Assembly: GCA_951406725.2 (NCBI GenBank)
Contig: OX597816.1
Span: 116,994,001-117,058,000, forward strand
Length of the DNA: 64,000 nt
DNA from: Octopus vulgaris
Taxonomy: Eukaryota
Direction: 5' to 3'
Below the pieces are notes generated by a model. It was not told the DNA's origin. It saw only the letters and a list, made by a program, of their open reading frames with translations, and made no database searches. Positions 1-13,525 of the stretch are shown piece after piece; position 1 is the first letter of the stretch, and each line of letters starts with the position of its first letter. The position numbers and the translations under genes were made by a program.

Positions 1-1224
1 GGTTTTGTAAAATCTAATATAAAAGAATAATGTATTTCTATTATGTAATAAGATAATGTTTTTCCTTTTACATTTTCATAGAAATGAATATCTTAAGGGA
101 AGAAAGAAAAATGTGGTAGGCTGGATCAGCACCGATGTATAATTAATTCTTATTGCATTGGTCCTAGAACAATGAAATGCAAAGCTAACTTCAGTAGGAT
201 TTAAATTCTGAACTTCAAATGATGTAACTAAATACCACTAAGTATTTTGTTCTGCATTCTATTCTTTTTAGTGTTATATCTTATGCTTTAAAAAAAGAAT
301 AGCAGTGTCCATGATGTATTTTCAAGACCCCTGTGACTGGTGGAAGGAATGGAGGAAGTTATCCTCAAACTGGAGACCTGGTTTAAATGTTTGTTGTAAA
401 GTGGACTCCACTAAAGGTATCCATGGGCTATTGATGGTGGTGTTAAATCAGGCATGGTATTAAGTTTACTATGCATGATTAAATCTACTAAGATTAAATC
501 TAGTACCATAAGTCCCTCTCCTTCTTCAGATGCCATGCCTACAAACATCATTTATTACAGGCCTCCAAGTCAAAGTCAAATAATGCATAACTTTTCTCGA
601 GAAAGATACAGCAGTTCTTTTCTGTTGCCTTCTGTTGGTTTATTTACATTTTAACCTGTTAATCTCCATCTCTCCCAAGTTAACCTTGAAGCACAAAACC
701 CCTTCAAACCTTAGATAGGGGAATTGGTTCACATGACATGAGGGCATGTTTTCACACTAGTGAACCTCTGTAACACATACCTAGAAGCCCTCCCCTCTGA
801 GTCCTACAGAACAAGCTCTGTTATTGACCAATAACTGGGTTTCTCAACAGGTACTATGACCCTGGGAGCGGTGGTGATTAAGGAATAACACCATACTCTC
901 CAAAACTTTTGAACTCTTGAACTGGAGTTCCTAATCCTCTAAAATAAGTCTATCACACAAATTAGCTAATTAATCATTGATAGAGTGAGCAGAGTATTTT
1001 GGACAATTAAAGGGCCTTATAAGGCACAACCTATTATGCAGAACAAATGAGTTAGTTACCATTGCAATACTTAATTGAATAGACTAGACAAAAGTAAACA
1101 AATGCCATTTTTTAATACAAAATTAAATCTATCACCAAACTTTAATCTGCTTTGTAAAATTAATTATAGCATCCATATTGTCCCACCCTAATAGTAAGCC
1201 AATGAGAGAACCTCTATGTGGTTA

Positions 1225-1420
1225 CTTGCGCTGCTAGGAATAACCCCAAAATCTCTCTCAGATAGCACTCAACTTCTTTAAAAAAGGATTTACTAGATAA
1301 TGTGGGGCTGGGTTCCATGCACATAGGAAAAAGTGGGAGGATTATGGCTGGAATACCTTTGATCACAAGCTTCTTTAAACAGGGTGTTACAGGGCTAAGC
1401 AACAATAATAACAACAAAAA
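1225..1420 (+). mobile_element. Degenerate SINE-like dispersed repeat (family E, AAC-tailed)
   Basis: Shares the gctagaaatagcagccaaatctccctcaaat...ggaatgcctttgatcatagg...gctaaacaacaa skeleton with 5840-6241, 6410-6520, 10325-10515(-), 23800-24000 and 63700-63790. Confidence 0.55.
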
Positions 1421-1742
1421 TAAATTTTGGCACATGGCCAGCGATTTTGGGGTAGAGAACTAACCAGTGTGCTAATGGTTCTGCCAGCTCGCTATCTTGA
1501 TAATGATAATAACAAGCTTATTGTATACAATGCTCAGGTACAACATGTTAGGAAAAGGATAACAGAAAGAGTCAGGAAGAAGCAATAAGTCAAGTAAAGA
1601 AAGACAGCAATAACATCTGGAAGTATGTTCTGGCTGTGAAAAGACAGATCAGTCTTCATGGCACTGTCATTGCTTAGTAAGAAATGTGGGTTCAAAAACG
1701 AGCCAAGTATTTGGATAGATTGCAAGTGCTCTAGTTGCATAC

Positions 1743-1902
<160 letters not shown>

Positions 1903-1913
1903 GCAATAAAAAC

Positions 1914-2898
1914 ATGGTTTTGGTCTCTGAGGTCAACCCCAACAGAATTAAATTTATGTCTAATAATTCTAAGCTCAAGAATTCTATATACCAATGTAAA
2001 ATTTCTTGTGGTACCGATGTCTACTTCTATATTGGTGCAGCCTCTTCCCAGTTATCTAAGAGAATTTCCAATCATTGTTCTTCATTTAGGGATAGCAGTA
2101 AACGTCATAGCACAGGGCTAAGTAGCTTAGTTTGGTATCTTAAAGACAACAATAAGGATTTTAAGTTAGATTGGTTCATCCTGTCCATATCTTTCCCTTA
2201 TGATAAGGGCAAAGGATTTTGTAATATTTGCAACTCTGAACTTTTCCATATTCTCTTCTCTAAGAATCACCTTGTTAATACACTTATAGAGCGAGCTTAC
2301 AAAAGTAAGCACTGGCAGAAACATACCTTTAGCTCATATAAGTGATTTTACCAGTCTTTGTAGTTTAAACATTTAGTTCAACTTGCACTTTACTTCAATA
2401 GAGAAATCTACTTCAAAGCCTTTGGACATTTTTTCAACCACTATATCCCCCTTTATTTGTTCTCTACTTATTATTTCTTTACCCCTTCTCTTCCTAGTGT
2501 CTGCCTTTGACGTCGAATCTATTAACGTTTTTTTTTTTTTATTACTTAATAGCATTCTGTTTATCATTTATGCAGTCATCAAAATTGTTATAATGTCTTG
2601 TTGTTGAGATAGGTTCTCTTTCTTCAATGATGAGAAGATTGCATTTTACACCATTTATTCCTTGGGAATAAAACCAATGTTGTCTTCAAAACCTATGTCA
2701 AAAGTAAAAGAATTTGAATAGCATCTGCGTTCAACTCCATTTACTTACTTATACTACACAAATTACTGCACACTAACCCGGAGTTTCTACCTTTGAATAG
2801 GTCACTACATCCTTGTTACTTGCATGAATTTTGCTACCCTGGTAACTGTTTATTGAATTTTCCATGTTAACGGTAAACAAAGGATAATTCATTCATCC

Positions 2899-2900
<2 letters not shown>
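1914..2900 (+). mobile_element. 5'-truncated Penelope-like element: GIY-YIG endonuclease ORF (1914-2345) plus 3' UTR/pseudo-LTR
   Basis: ORF reads SIYQCKI..YIGAASSQLSKRISNHCSSF..STGLSSLVWYLK..W.I..PY..CNICNSE, the PLE GIY-YIG pattern; paralogous to 43470-43887; ends at (TA)n at 2900. Confidence 0.88.
2621..2705 (+). ncRNA. Degenerate type-I hammerhead ribozyme in PLE 3' UTR
   Basis: aUGAUGA-gaagauugcauu..uuuauucc-uug-ggaauaaa..aauguugucuuc-aAAAC-cuau-GUC; long paired stem II; C3 and G12 mutated. Confidence 0.5.
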
Positions 2901-2943
<43 letters not shown>

Positions 2944-2961
2944 TGTATGTATGTATGTATG

Positions 2962-3013
<52 letters not shown>

Positions 3014-3040
3014 TGTGTGTGTGTATATGTTTGTGTGTCA

Positions 3041-3216
3041 GTGTTTGTCCCCCCAACATCGCTTGACAACCGATGCTGTTGTGTTTACATCCCCGTAACT
3101 TAGCGGTTCAGCAAAAGTGAACGATAAAATAAGTACAAAGAATAAGTCCTGGGGTGCTCGACTATAGGTGGTGCTCCAGCATGGCCACAGTCAAATTACT
3201 GAAACAAGTAAAAGAG
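3041..3216 (+). mobile_element. SINE family A, 3' half
   Basis: tgtttgtccccc..ttgacaaccgatgctg..gtgctccagcatggccacagtcaaa..aacaagtaaaagag matches 3' half of 34221-34630. Confidence 0.85.
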
Positions 3217-3256
3217 TATGTGTGTATGTATATGTATATACACACACACATACACA

Positions 3257-3469
3257 CAGGTGTGTGCATAATTTGTCTTTACAACTTCCACAATTTATTG
3301 TCTAGATATATTGCATGCAAACAATAGAGCCCATATGGAGATGTTCTGATGATTTTAATAAAACTTTATCTGTTTTCCTATGTGTTCCAATAAACCCTGC
3401 TAAATTATCCTTACTTTTCATTTTTTTTCTGAACTCTTCAAAATGTAAAGGTACTTTATGGACAACCTG
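3257..3469. mobile_element. Tc1/mariner-type MITE
   Basis: Imperfect ~27-bp terminal inverted repeats caggtgtgtgcataa..ctttaca / tgtaaaggtactttatggacaacctg, followed by TA. Confidence 0.6.
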
Positions 3470-3941
3470 TATATAGATAAGACAGACAGACAGAGATAGA
3501 AACAAACAGGCAAGACAGACAGATTTAAACAACTTTTATATAAATGGAACTTGTATAATATTTTTAACACTCGTAATCCATATGAATATATGTAGACAGC
3601 TATGTCTCAGACACTTGGCCATACAAATTGTCAACACTGAAAGCATGTAAGCACACAGAAACATTATAATATGCCATTGTATGTGGTGTAAGAAGAAAGA
3701 AGTCTATTTACCTGAAAGTCGTCTAGACATTTGTAATCAATCTGATAATAAAAGAGAAGACGAGACCACTAGTTCTGATTAAAAAGAAAATAATGCTCAA
3801 ACATTTTACCATTATGAACAAATAAATGCATAAAATAAGAAAAGACCTATGAAATCTATATTTTTGATGTGAAGAATGAAAGCATATCTGTGTGTATGTG
3901 TGTGTGTGTGTGTGTGTGTACATATACATATATAGATAGAC

Positions 3942-3996
<55 letters not shown>

Positions 3997-4088
3997 CAGA
4001 CAGATATAGATATGTACGTATGTATTCATATATGCATATATATACTGGAGTACTTTTTTTGTTGATTCTACCTATATTGGATCTGTAA

Positions 4089-4126
<38 letters not shown>

Positions 4127-4176
4127 TACATACATATATATATATGCGTATGTATATATGTATATATATATATGTA

Positions 4177-4246
<70 letters not shown>

Positions 4247-4282
4247 CGTATATATATATGTGAGTGTGTATATATATGTATA

Positions 4283-4342
<60 letters not shown>

Positions 4343-4560
4343 TATATATTTACATATATATAAACATGTGAATTTGCATGTACCTATACACACACACACA
4401 CGTGCACACACACACACACACACACTCACATTTATATATATATAAGAAATAAGGTGAATCTTCAGTGAAAACAGTGTTGCTTGTATAGAAGATATGCTTG
4501 CGTCTAGTGCTGGTTGATTATATAGGAGTCAATATACATATATATATATTTATAATAATG

Positions 4561-4600
<40 letters not shown>

Positions 4601-5839
4601 TAATAATATTGGTTTCATTATTAACCAATCACACTCAACTTGGAAGAGGTTCGAGGACATATCTTTTCACATTTGATATGATCTGACAAAAATCTGACAT
4701 TAAATATTTTTATCTATTTATTTATTTATTATTTCATTCTCTTTGTTTGATTATTGTTCGTAAATTCCCTTTAATCCTGTCTTGTTAAAGCTACTAATAT
4801 ATGCTAGTGCAATCAAGCATGAAGCAGTCATGTAAGGACTTAAGTTACACACTTTCAGAATTGTTGTTAAGAATTAATATTATTGCTATTGTTTATGTGT
4901 TTGTCTTGTTTTGTATTGTTGTTAGTTCTTGTTTGTTTTTGTTTTGTTCTGTTTTTTTTTTGTTTTTATTTTTCTATCTATTCTAGATTTTTGTGCTTAA
5001 GTTTTCTTCTATTCCTTTCAGCCTCCTAAATTTTTTTCCTTTTCTTTTCCTTCTTTCTACCTTTCTTTCTTTCATCCTTTTTTTTTTCTTGTTTCTTTCA
5101 TTACTTTATTTTTATTTTTTTATGATTTTTTTTTGATTTTTTTTTTTTTTCATCAACAATGGAATTAGGAGTTATATATGACAAAGAAATTGTCACTTCA
5201 TTTGTTACAAATAATCAGGTTGGGAAAAGTGGCAAGTGAACGAAATTGCATCCTGTAATCTTTCTTAGTTGTGACTGTATGTGTGTATGTATGTCCATAT
5301 ATTTGTGAATATATATGTATATATATGTATGAATGCATGTATGTATGTATGTATGTATGATGTACACTTGTCTGCATCTGTGTGTTTGAGTTTAGGTGTG
5401 CACATTTTCATTTACACATGTATGCATAACAGGGAGAGAGTGTGTGTATGTATGTATGTATATGGCATATATATGCATGTATGTATGTATGTGGCATATA
5501 TGCATGTGCATATGTGCTCACATTATTCATGTATGCACAAATTAATATATATTTCAGAGAAAGAAAGAAATAAAGAGAAAGAGAGAACAAGTGTATGTTT
5601 GTGTGTTTTCTCTAAATGAATTAAAAGTGTTTCCTTTGAAACAGAATAAGCATCTGCAACTAAGAAAGTGACAAAACTCTACTGTTTGACCTTAAACAGC
5701 ACAAAAAATGCTGTATTTCTGTGAGTCAGTATAGCCAGCTACATAGGTATGTATAGGTATAAATTCAAATAGAAAGACTCGGGGAAGTGTTCCATTGATT
5801 CTCACTCTTGTCACAGATTAAATCTGGTAAGTATTGAGC

Positions 5840-6241
5840 CAATGAATGGGTTTCTACATGGTTGCTCTACCTACTTGAAATAGCAACCAAATCTCCCTCA
5901 AATTACACTCTACCATCTTAGGGAAGCGGAATGCATTACATAATGAGGTCTTAGATACACTTTGTTTGAAAACAGAAATATGATGGGAACAGCTGGATTG
6001 CTTTTCATCATAGGTTTGCTTATCCATAGACTGATTTGGAACTAAACAATAAAATCAATAGCAACCAAATCTCCCTCAAATTACACTCTACCATCTTAGA
6101 GAAGTAGAATGCATTAAATAATGAGGTCTCAGATATACTGTGCTTGAAAACAAAGATATGATGGGCACAGCTGGATTGCTTTTGATCATAGGTTTGCTCA
6201 TTCATACACTGATCTGGAACCAAACAACAAAATCAATAGCA
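5840..6241 (+). mobile_element. Family E repeat as a ~178-bp tandem duplication (5879-6056 / 6057-6241)
   Basis: Two adjacent diverged copies starting aatagcaaccaaatctccctcaaattacactctaccatcttag. Confidence 0.85.
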
Positions 6242-6669
6242 ATCTGCAGGGTGTGAGCCAGTCTTTTATCCAATTTTCAATAGAACTCCAGTAATTTCAA
6301 ATTCCTACATACTAAGAGTCTAAATAAAACTTGAAGTTTTGATGCAAATTTATATTCTGCATTGGTTCAGCATAAATATTTAATCTCAAAATAATGAAAC
6401 AACGAGGAAACTTCTTTATGGACTCTCAACTTGCTAGAAGTAGCAGCCAAATCTTCCTTACATCACATACTATCATTTTTCAAAAAAAGGATACATTGCA
6501 TATTGTAGTCTGAGATCAATGTTTTTTTTAACTTTTTGTGTTCCCTACCACCACCACCACTACTACTTTTACCAGTTCACCATCCTGATTTTCTCCTTAC
6601 ATCAATGTTACTTAGGCACATATACTGTAAAATCAGAAGGAAATCAGGGAGAACTTTCCCTTTTCTCCC

Positions 6670-7657
6670 TTTCACTTGTTGAAGTCATTTGACTACGGCC
6701 ATGCTGGAGCACCGCTTTTAGTTGAGCAAATCAACCCCAGGACTTATTCTTTGTAAGCCGAGTACTTATTCTATTGGTCTCTTTTGCCAAACTGCTAAGT
6801 TCCGGGGACGTAAACACACCAGCATTGGTTGTCAAGCGATGTTGGGGGGGACAAACACAGACACACAAACACACACACACACATATATATATACATATAT
6901 ACATATATATATTATATAGACATATATAATAATAATAATAATAATTGTGTACAGTGCTCAGGTGCACTACAACTCATCTAAAGTGTATATATAATCAGGT
7001 GTAGTTTCGGCGGATTTCGGAAAGCATGAGGGCCTTAAAGGATGCAGTGTCATGGCAGTCAACAACTGACGCAGGCAGTTTATTCCATGCTTCAGCAACT
7101 CTGAGCGTGAAAAAATGTTTCCGAAAGTCATGGGAGCTGTGTTGTTTTCTGACTTTGTAGGCATGTCCACGTGTGTTAGACACATGGAGATCAAAAAGGT
7201 GTTCAGTGTTGTTGTTGGTGAGGTGGTTGATAACCTTGTGGGTGTTTACCAAGTCCGTCGCCAGACGCCGGAGCTTCAGTGAATCCATGCCCAGGGAAAC
7301 AAGGCGCTCAGAATATGGTAGGTGTCTGATGGAGGGTATGCGTTTGGTTGCACGTCTCTGGACAGATTCCAGGAGGTCAATGTTCTGAGCAAGATAGGGA
7401 TTCCAAACTGATGATGCGAATTCCAAGTGTGGTCGTACCATAGCTGTATACAGTTTTAAATAGATGGCTGGAGAGCAGCTAACAAAAGTCTTGCTGATGG
7501 GCTTCTTTCAGTTTCTGTCTACCAAATCCACTCACAAGGCTTTGGTCAGCCCAAGGCTATAGTAGAAGACACTTGCCCAAGGTGCCACGGAATGGGACTG
7601 AACCCAGAACCATGTGGTTGGTAAGCAAGCTACTTACCACACACCTACTCCTGTGCC
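6670..7657 (-). mobile_element. SINE family A split by a CR1 fragment (head 7497-7657, 3' half 6670-6875)
   Basis: Reverse complement of 34221-34630 in two pieces. Confidence 0.85.
6930..7497 (-). mobile_element. CR1-type LINE 3' end (ORF2 C-terminus plus ATT tail)
   Basis: LYTAMVRPHLEFASSVWNPY..LESVQRRATK..YSERL..LRR..DL..TRGH..RKHFFTLRVAEAWNKLP, the classic CR1 C-terminus; ORF 6995-7441 intact. Confidence 0.93.
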
Positions 7658-7692
<35 letters not shown>

Positions 7693-7699
7693 TATATAT

Positions 7700-8420
7700 A
7701 TAAAATTCAGGAGAGGAGAAAACAAATTCAAAGGCCGGTGTATATATTCATTCAATCCATATTAACGAAATTCTCCATGGTATACAAAGTACATACATAG
7801 ATGCATTCATATATATGAGATATAAAAAATTTCTAAGAATTTACAAATATATACATATACACGAAAATTTATAAATATATAAAATTTCATACAATTATAA
7901 AAAATTATAAACACATAAAAATTCATAAATATAAATATATAAAAAGTGTAAGTCCATAAATGTACTTGTGAAGTCTGAGCGAAGGGTATGATAAAGCAGA
8001 TGTAAAATGATTCATAAGGAGTCTGAAACATGCATAAAGTCTATGTGTAAAGTCTTATGGCCATTTCGAAAAGATATAGGTGGCTATAGGTGAGCTAACT
8101 CCAACTATAGCAATACTCTATATTTCTCTCATCAGACAAGGTTAAAATTTTAAAAGAAATGGTGGGTTAAATAAAATCAAATGTTTGATTGGACTATTAT
8201 CTTTGGGCATATGATATTTAACACAATGTATAATATAAGGTATATTACAATGAAATATATAATAAAAAGTTTTAGAAGAGTCCTTAATATGAAGAAAGGT
8301 TAAATTAGAATCCAATAGTTTAATTATTTTTGAAAAATTTAAACGTTGAAAGATATTTGTACAGGTAATTATAACGTCAGATATTTTATTGAGTAAACTA
8401 TTTTTGTTGGATCGGATAAT
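7700..8420 (-). mobile_element. Penelope-like element 3' fragment (end of GIY-YIG plus 3' UTR with HHR)
   Basis: Minus strand 8418-8330 reads IIRSNKNSLLNKISDVIITC (PLE endonuclease C-terminal LLNK..C motif); HHR downstream; ends at (TA)n. Confidence 0.75.
8052..8140 (-). ncRNA. Type-I hammerhead ribozyme with long stem II
   Basis: CUGAUGA-GAGAAAUAUAG..GCUAUAG..GAG-uuag-CUC..CUAUAGC..CUAUAUCUUUUC-GAA-AUGGCCAU-A|agac; core intact, palindromic stem III, stem I imperfect. Confidence 0.78.
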
Positions 8421-8422
8421 GT

Positions 8423-8825
8423 TATTTCTTTATTGCCCACAAGGGGCTAAATACAGAGGGGACAAACAAGGACAGACAAAGGGATTAAGTCGATTACATC
8501 AACCCCAGTGCGAAACTGGTACTTAATTTATCGACCCCAAAAGGATGAAAGGCAAAGTCAATCTCGGTGGAATTTGAACTCAGAAAGTGACGGCAGACGA
8601 AATACCTATTTCTTTACTACCCACAAGGGGCTAAGCACAGAGGAGACAAACAAGGACAGACAAACGGATTAAGTCGATTATATTGACCCCAGTGCGTAAC
8701 GGGTACTTATTTAATCAACCCCGAAAGGATGAAAGGCAAAGTCGACCTCAGCGGAATTTGAACTCAAAACGTAGCGGCAGACGAAATACGGCTACGTATT
8801 TTGCCCGGCGTGCTAACGTTTCTGC
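8423..8825 (-). mobile_element. SINE family B tandem dimer (8423-8605, 8607-8825)
   Basis: Two adjacent copies matching 46180-46405; tRNA-like head on minus strand with B-box gttcaaattcc. Confidence 0.88.
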
Positions 8826-9280
8826 ATGCATAAATCACAATTCTTCATGTGTATATTATATATATTTATATATATATATATATAAATGTATTTTGAACTA
8901 CATTATTTGTTGTGTCTTTCTATTTATTAAGACAGTGGAGTGTGACATGAGAAGTATTTCTTATGGGCTGAGTGATGCTTCTGTAACTACATCAATCTCA
9001 TTTTCCTATGCTTAAGATGCACAACACTGTTAGTGAACAAATACTGAATAATATCAACAGTGTTATTTAAATAGAAAATCTCAGGACACACTTGTGTACT
9101 ATCTACAACAGCCTATGGTGTCATAACAAGTTGTCTATACTGCAATTAGTAAAATAGTCATCCAGCAAGAGACCAAAGCTATTTCATTTTAATTCTATTG
9201 GTGAGCTTGTTACTCTTTTCTCAGATTTACTGTTACATATAAATTTATGCTTTACAATAGTGAGTTTGAACTTTCATTAA

Positions 9281-9501
9281 ACCTTTAGCATTCAGATTTC
9301 TTTGTCAAAAGTATTGCTTATATAATCACATTGTTTCAAATTAGTCACACATTGTCTTGTAATTTTGAGATTTCAATGGTATGTTTCTATATTTTGAGAA
9401 TAAGATTGTAGTGTAGGTTTGAGACATTAGATCTGGTCAGTTTTAACATTAAAGCAGGAAGAATATTTGGGCCAGATATGGCTGGATTATATGCTAAACA
9501 G
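9281..9501. mobile_element. piggyBac-type MITE
   Basis: TTAA on both sides (9277-9280, 9502-9505); imperfect TIR acctttagcat / atgctaaacag. Confidence 0.7.
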
Positions 9502-9639
9502 TTAAACGTAATAAATACATGAAATTATAACAGGATGTCAGAATTTCATTTTCATTCCAAATGGCAGCCATGTTTTAATATTTTTTATAATCTGATTTGG
9601 GAAAAGAGAGTCTGCCCATGGCCTACATAAGCAGTTTGA

Positions 9640-10035
9640 GACTGGTAAAATTGATGTTCTTAAATAGCTTCAAGTCAATAACTATAGAAAAAATTTCAGC
9701 TGGAAAGGAATTCCAAGGGGGTTGACATTTTATAGAGGAAGGCTGAGTAAGTTATTTATGCAGCTCTTAGTATGGGAACAATATGTACAATGAGAGAGAG
9801 ATGAGTGAGTCAGGTTGCTTTGAGTGGAGGTGGTACAAGATCAGACAGCTGTGAGGAAGGGAGGCTATTGTAGTGGTTTTAGAAAAGATAGTGTGAAGAG
9901 ACTGCATGTTTATGGGCCAGAAGCTGGAGTGTGTTGGTGAGTAACTTCATTCCAATAACATGAATGACATCTTTTGGAATCTAGTCTACGATGTCTGTAT
10001 GTGTAGCATCAATACTGTTCTACCAGATGTGAAAG
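9640..10035 (-). mobile_element. Old CR1/L2-group LINE ORF2 C-terminal remnant
   Basis: Minus translation HIW*..DIVD*IPKDVIHVIGMKLLTNTLQLLAHKHAVSSHYLF*NHYNSLPSSQLSDLVPPP resembles LDRIQKRAIRLIG..LQPLAHRRAVASL.LFYRYY..SSELS.LVP. Confidence 0.65.
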
Positions 10036-12601
10036 CAACTCTGGGCTATGTTCTGCAACTATTTCTGTTGACTGAACAATTGTAGTTGCATTCCTTCCCT
10101 GAAGACCCAAAGACTGTGACACTATCTGATATGTCCTACGATGCAATTGTCCAACACTTCAGCTAACTAGATTATTAGTTTTGATTCATTCCTTCTGAAA
10201 AGTTCAGAATTAGCTTTACAAAGGTAAATAAAGTAAGGTCCACAGAAGATAGTGGTTGTATTTATCAGCAAAATGCAAAAAAAATTTTAAATCAGTTAAT
10301 AACATATGAATTAAAATAAGTTCATGTGTTGTTGTTGCTTGTCCAGGGTCAGCTCTGATTGAGCAGACTTATGTTCAAAGGGGTTCCAGCTGAGACCATT
10401 CTATCTATTGCATATAGATTGTTCAATGTGTCAAATGTTGTGTGAACTGAGAGGATTTAGTTGCTATTTCTAGCAGATTAAAGAACAATTGCATAAAAAC
10501 TCCTTCATTGGCTTGTAAGTTCATGGATTGTAAAAGAGTTTAGCACTCACCTCTATCTTGACATAATTAGCTTAATTTTTCAAATTTCATTTATTTTTTT
10601 TTTTAGTTATTCAGAGTAGAAAACAAGACCCTGTGACATGAATGACCTTTGGAATGGCAGGAATAGCCAAGTGCTATTTATTCCTTCTTTTTATATTTTC
10701 CCTTGCTTATCTGGTAATACTTCAGTGTACCCACTTAGGTACATTAGAATAGCAAGTTATGTTTAGACATGGATATACAACTTTAAAAACTTACACAGTT
10801 CTATCTAGCATACAATCTGCAAAAACATCAAAAAACAACAAAAACTTTATAGCTGTATCACTTACACAGACAGCTTTCTCACCTGCTAGAACTGAGATCT
10901 GAAATTCTGAGGATTCTTTAAACAAACATTCTACCCACTTTGCTATTGGTCGATATCTCTTTAAAATATCTACACTTCAAAAACTTAATTATCATCTAGT
11001 TTTACATTGAAAAAATATATCATTTACCAACAGTTATATTCTTTACCTTTTTTTTTTTTGTTTTCTTTTTTGCCTTTATTTTCAGAGAGATTTTTTTTAA
11101 CTTTCACAGTTCTTTATCTTTTGTTCATACTGCTTTGAAAATGTTAAAAAGTTATTATCTCCTTTAAACAAAAGTATAATTAAGTAACATGGTTTTCCAC
11201 TGTACATAATTACTCCTAAGCTAAAACAAAGGGGCTGAATATAAGAGAAAGAGTCAGAGTGGAGAGAGAGAGAGAGAAAGAGAGAGAGATGCTATAAGCA
11301 ATATACAGTTTTGAAAGAAGGATATTCAATTCAGTTTCTTCGTTTTAATAAACTCAATCTAATTAAATAGAGAAGCTAGCATGTCTTTTGAGATAATCAA
11401 ATGCTAAACTAGGAAGAAGTCAAAGCAATAGACTGTGTCTGCCCTCTGGAATCCCACGGCTACAACTGAAATATTACCGGCAAACTACGAGTAAATGAGA
11501 TCAGAACAAAAGAGATAAGTAATATCTGACAACAGCAATTTACACATTCATTTAAAACAATTCTATGACTTTGTAAGGAAATGTTTTGTTGTTTGTGGTA
11601 TGGTTTTTTGATGATTATGTTATTGCTATTGTTTGTTTTCTTGTTTGTTTTTCCAATAACATTCCGTTTACAAGTGAAATAGAAGTAAATGTAATTATTT
11701 AAAATGATTTGATTTGAAACTCTACTAAATTTATTTCTCCATCTTTACAATTGTATTATAAAAATCTAAATTCATCTCCTTTTAAACATATCAGCTTCCC
11801 CGGAAGTTTTCCATCAGCTAATTCAGATCAACATATCCAACATGTTTAGATTAGATTGTGCAGTGTTAAGTACCTTTTTCCAACTTACTAAACAATCTCT
11901 TATAAAATGAAATGTGTATGTATGAAGGGGAGGACGAGGTAGATGGTTTAAAAGACAATAACTCTTAATGATTAAGTTAAGCAAATCAACTAGTTTATTC
12001 AACTGAATACGTATATTAAGTCCCTTATGTTGGATTACCTACATCACCCAAACCCTCTTTAAACATACAGCCACTACCTCCACCCTTTCCCCCCAGCTCT
12101 TTCCAATTTCTAAATTGTTCAGAATTATCATTTTAAACCTTAGTAAAGTAACTCATTTCCTACTTGTTCATCCTTTCATAGGGGAAGTTGAGGCTTCAAT
12201 AAAGTTTCAATATTGTTTTGGATTATGAAATTTCAATCCCATTTCTCTAAGTATCATCCTTCACAAATCTGACACTTAAGTGACCCTCACCCTTCTGCAA
12301 ATGGTCTTTCCACATTCTATTTTATTTGTAATACTAACACATAAGGATTTAGTCACAGAATAAATGCCTAGCTGAGCTGAGGTTAAATTTGGATATTAAA
12401 CACAATAATTCTTAAAATCATAACAAAACTTTCATACACTTCCATCCATCATTTTCTTTACAATTTCTATTCCTTCTTAACCTCTCTAGTACTCTCTCTC
12501 TCACTCTCACACACACACATGCATACACTCTCTCCCCCTCTCATCCTTCTCTTTTTACATATATATGTGTGTATATATGTACACATATATATGTATACAT
12601 A

Positions 12602-12665
<64 letters not shown>

Positions 12666-12673
12666 ATAAATTA

Positions 12674-12706
<33 letters not shown>

Positions 12707-12738
12707 CCATAAATTAATATATATATATATATATATAA

Positions 12739-13168
12739 GGCACAAGCGTGACTGTGTGGTAAGAAGCTTGCTTCTCAATCACATGGTTCCAGGTTCAGTC
12801 CCACTGCGAGGCACCTAGGGCAAATGTCTTCTACTAATAGCCTTGGGTTGACAAAAGCCTTGTGAGTGGATTTGGAAGATTGAAACTGAAAGAAGCCCGT
12901 CATATGCGTGTGTGTGTGTGTGTAATATATATATGTATGTATATATTTATATGTGTTTGTGTCTGTTTCACTCTGTTACCATCACTTGACAATTGATGTT
13001 GGTGTGTTTACAACCACATAATTTAGTGATTCAACAGGAAAAACCGATAGAATAAGCACCAGGCTTACAAAGAATAAGTCCAGGGGCCAATTTTTAGCTA
13101 AAAAGCAATGCTCCAGCATGGCCATAGTCAAATGACTGAAACAAGTAAAAGAATAAAAGAATAAAAGG
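12739..13168 (+). mobile_element. SINE family A, full length; a further 5' half at 13320-13465
   Basis: tRNA-like head, internal TG/TA microsatellite and aaaagaat tail; matches 34221-34630. Confidence 0.88.
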
Positions 13169-13205
13169 ATACATGTATATATAAATTTATATACATACAT
13201 ATATG

Positions 13206-13237
<32 letters not shown>

Positions 13238-13462
13238 TGTATGTATGTATGTATGTATGTATGTATGTATGTATGTATGTATGTATGTACGTATGTATGC
13301 ATGCATGTATGTATGAGCTCAGGCATGGTAGTGTGGTAAAAAGTTTGCTTCCCAACCACATGGTTCCTGTCCCACTGTGTGGCACCTTGGGTATATGTTT
13401 TCTACTAAGGCCCCAGTCTAACCAAAACCTTAAAAGTGAATTTGGCAGGCAGAAGAAGCCCG

Positions 13463-13525
<63 letters not shown>

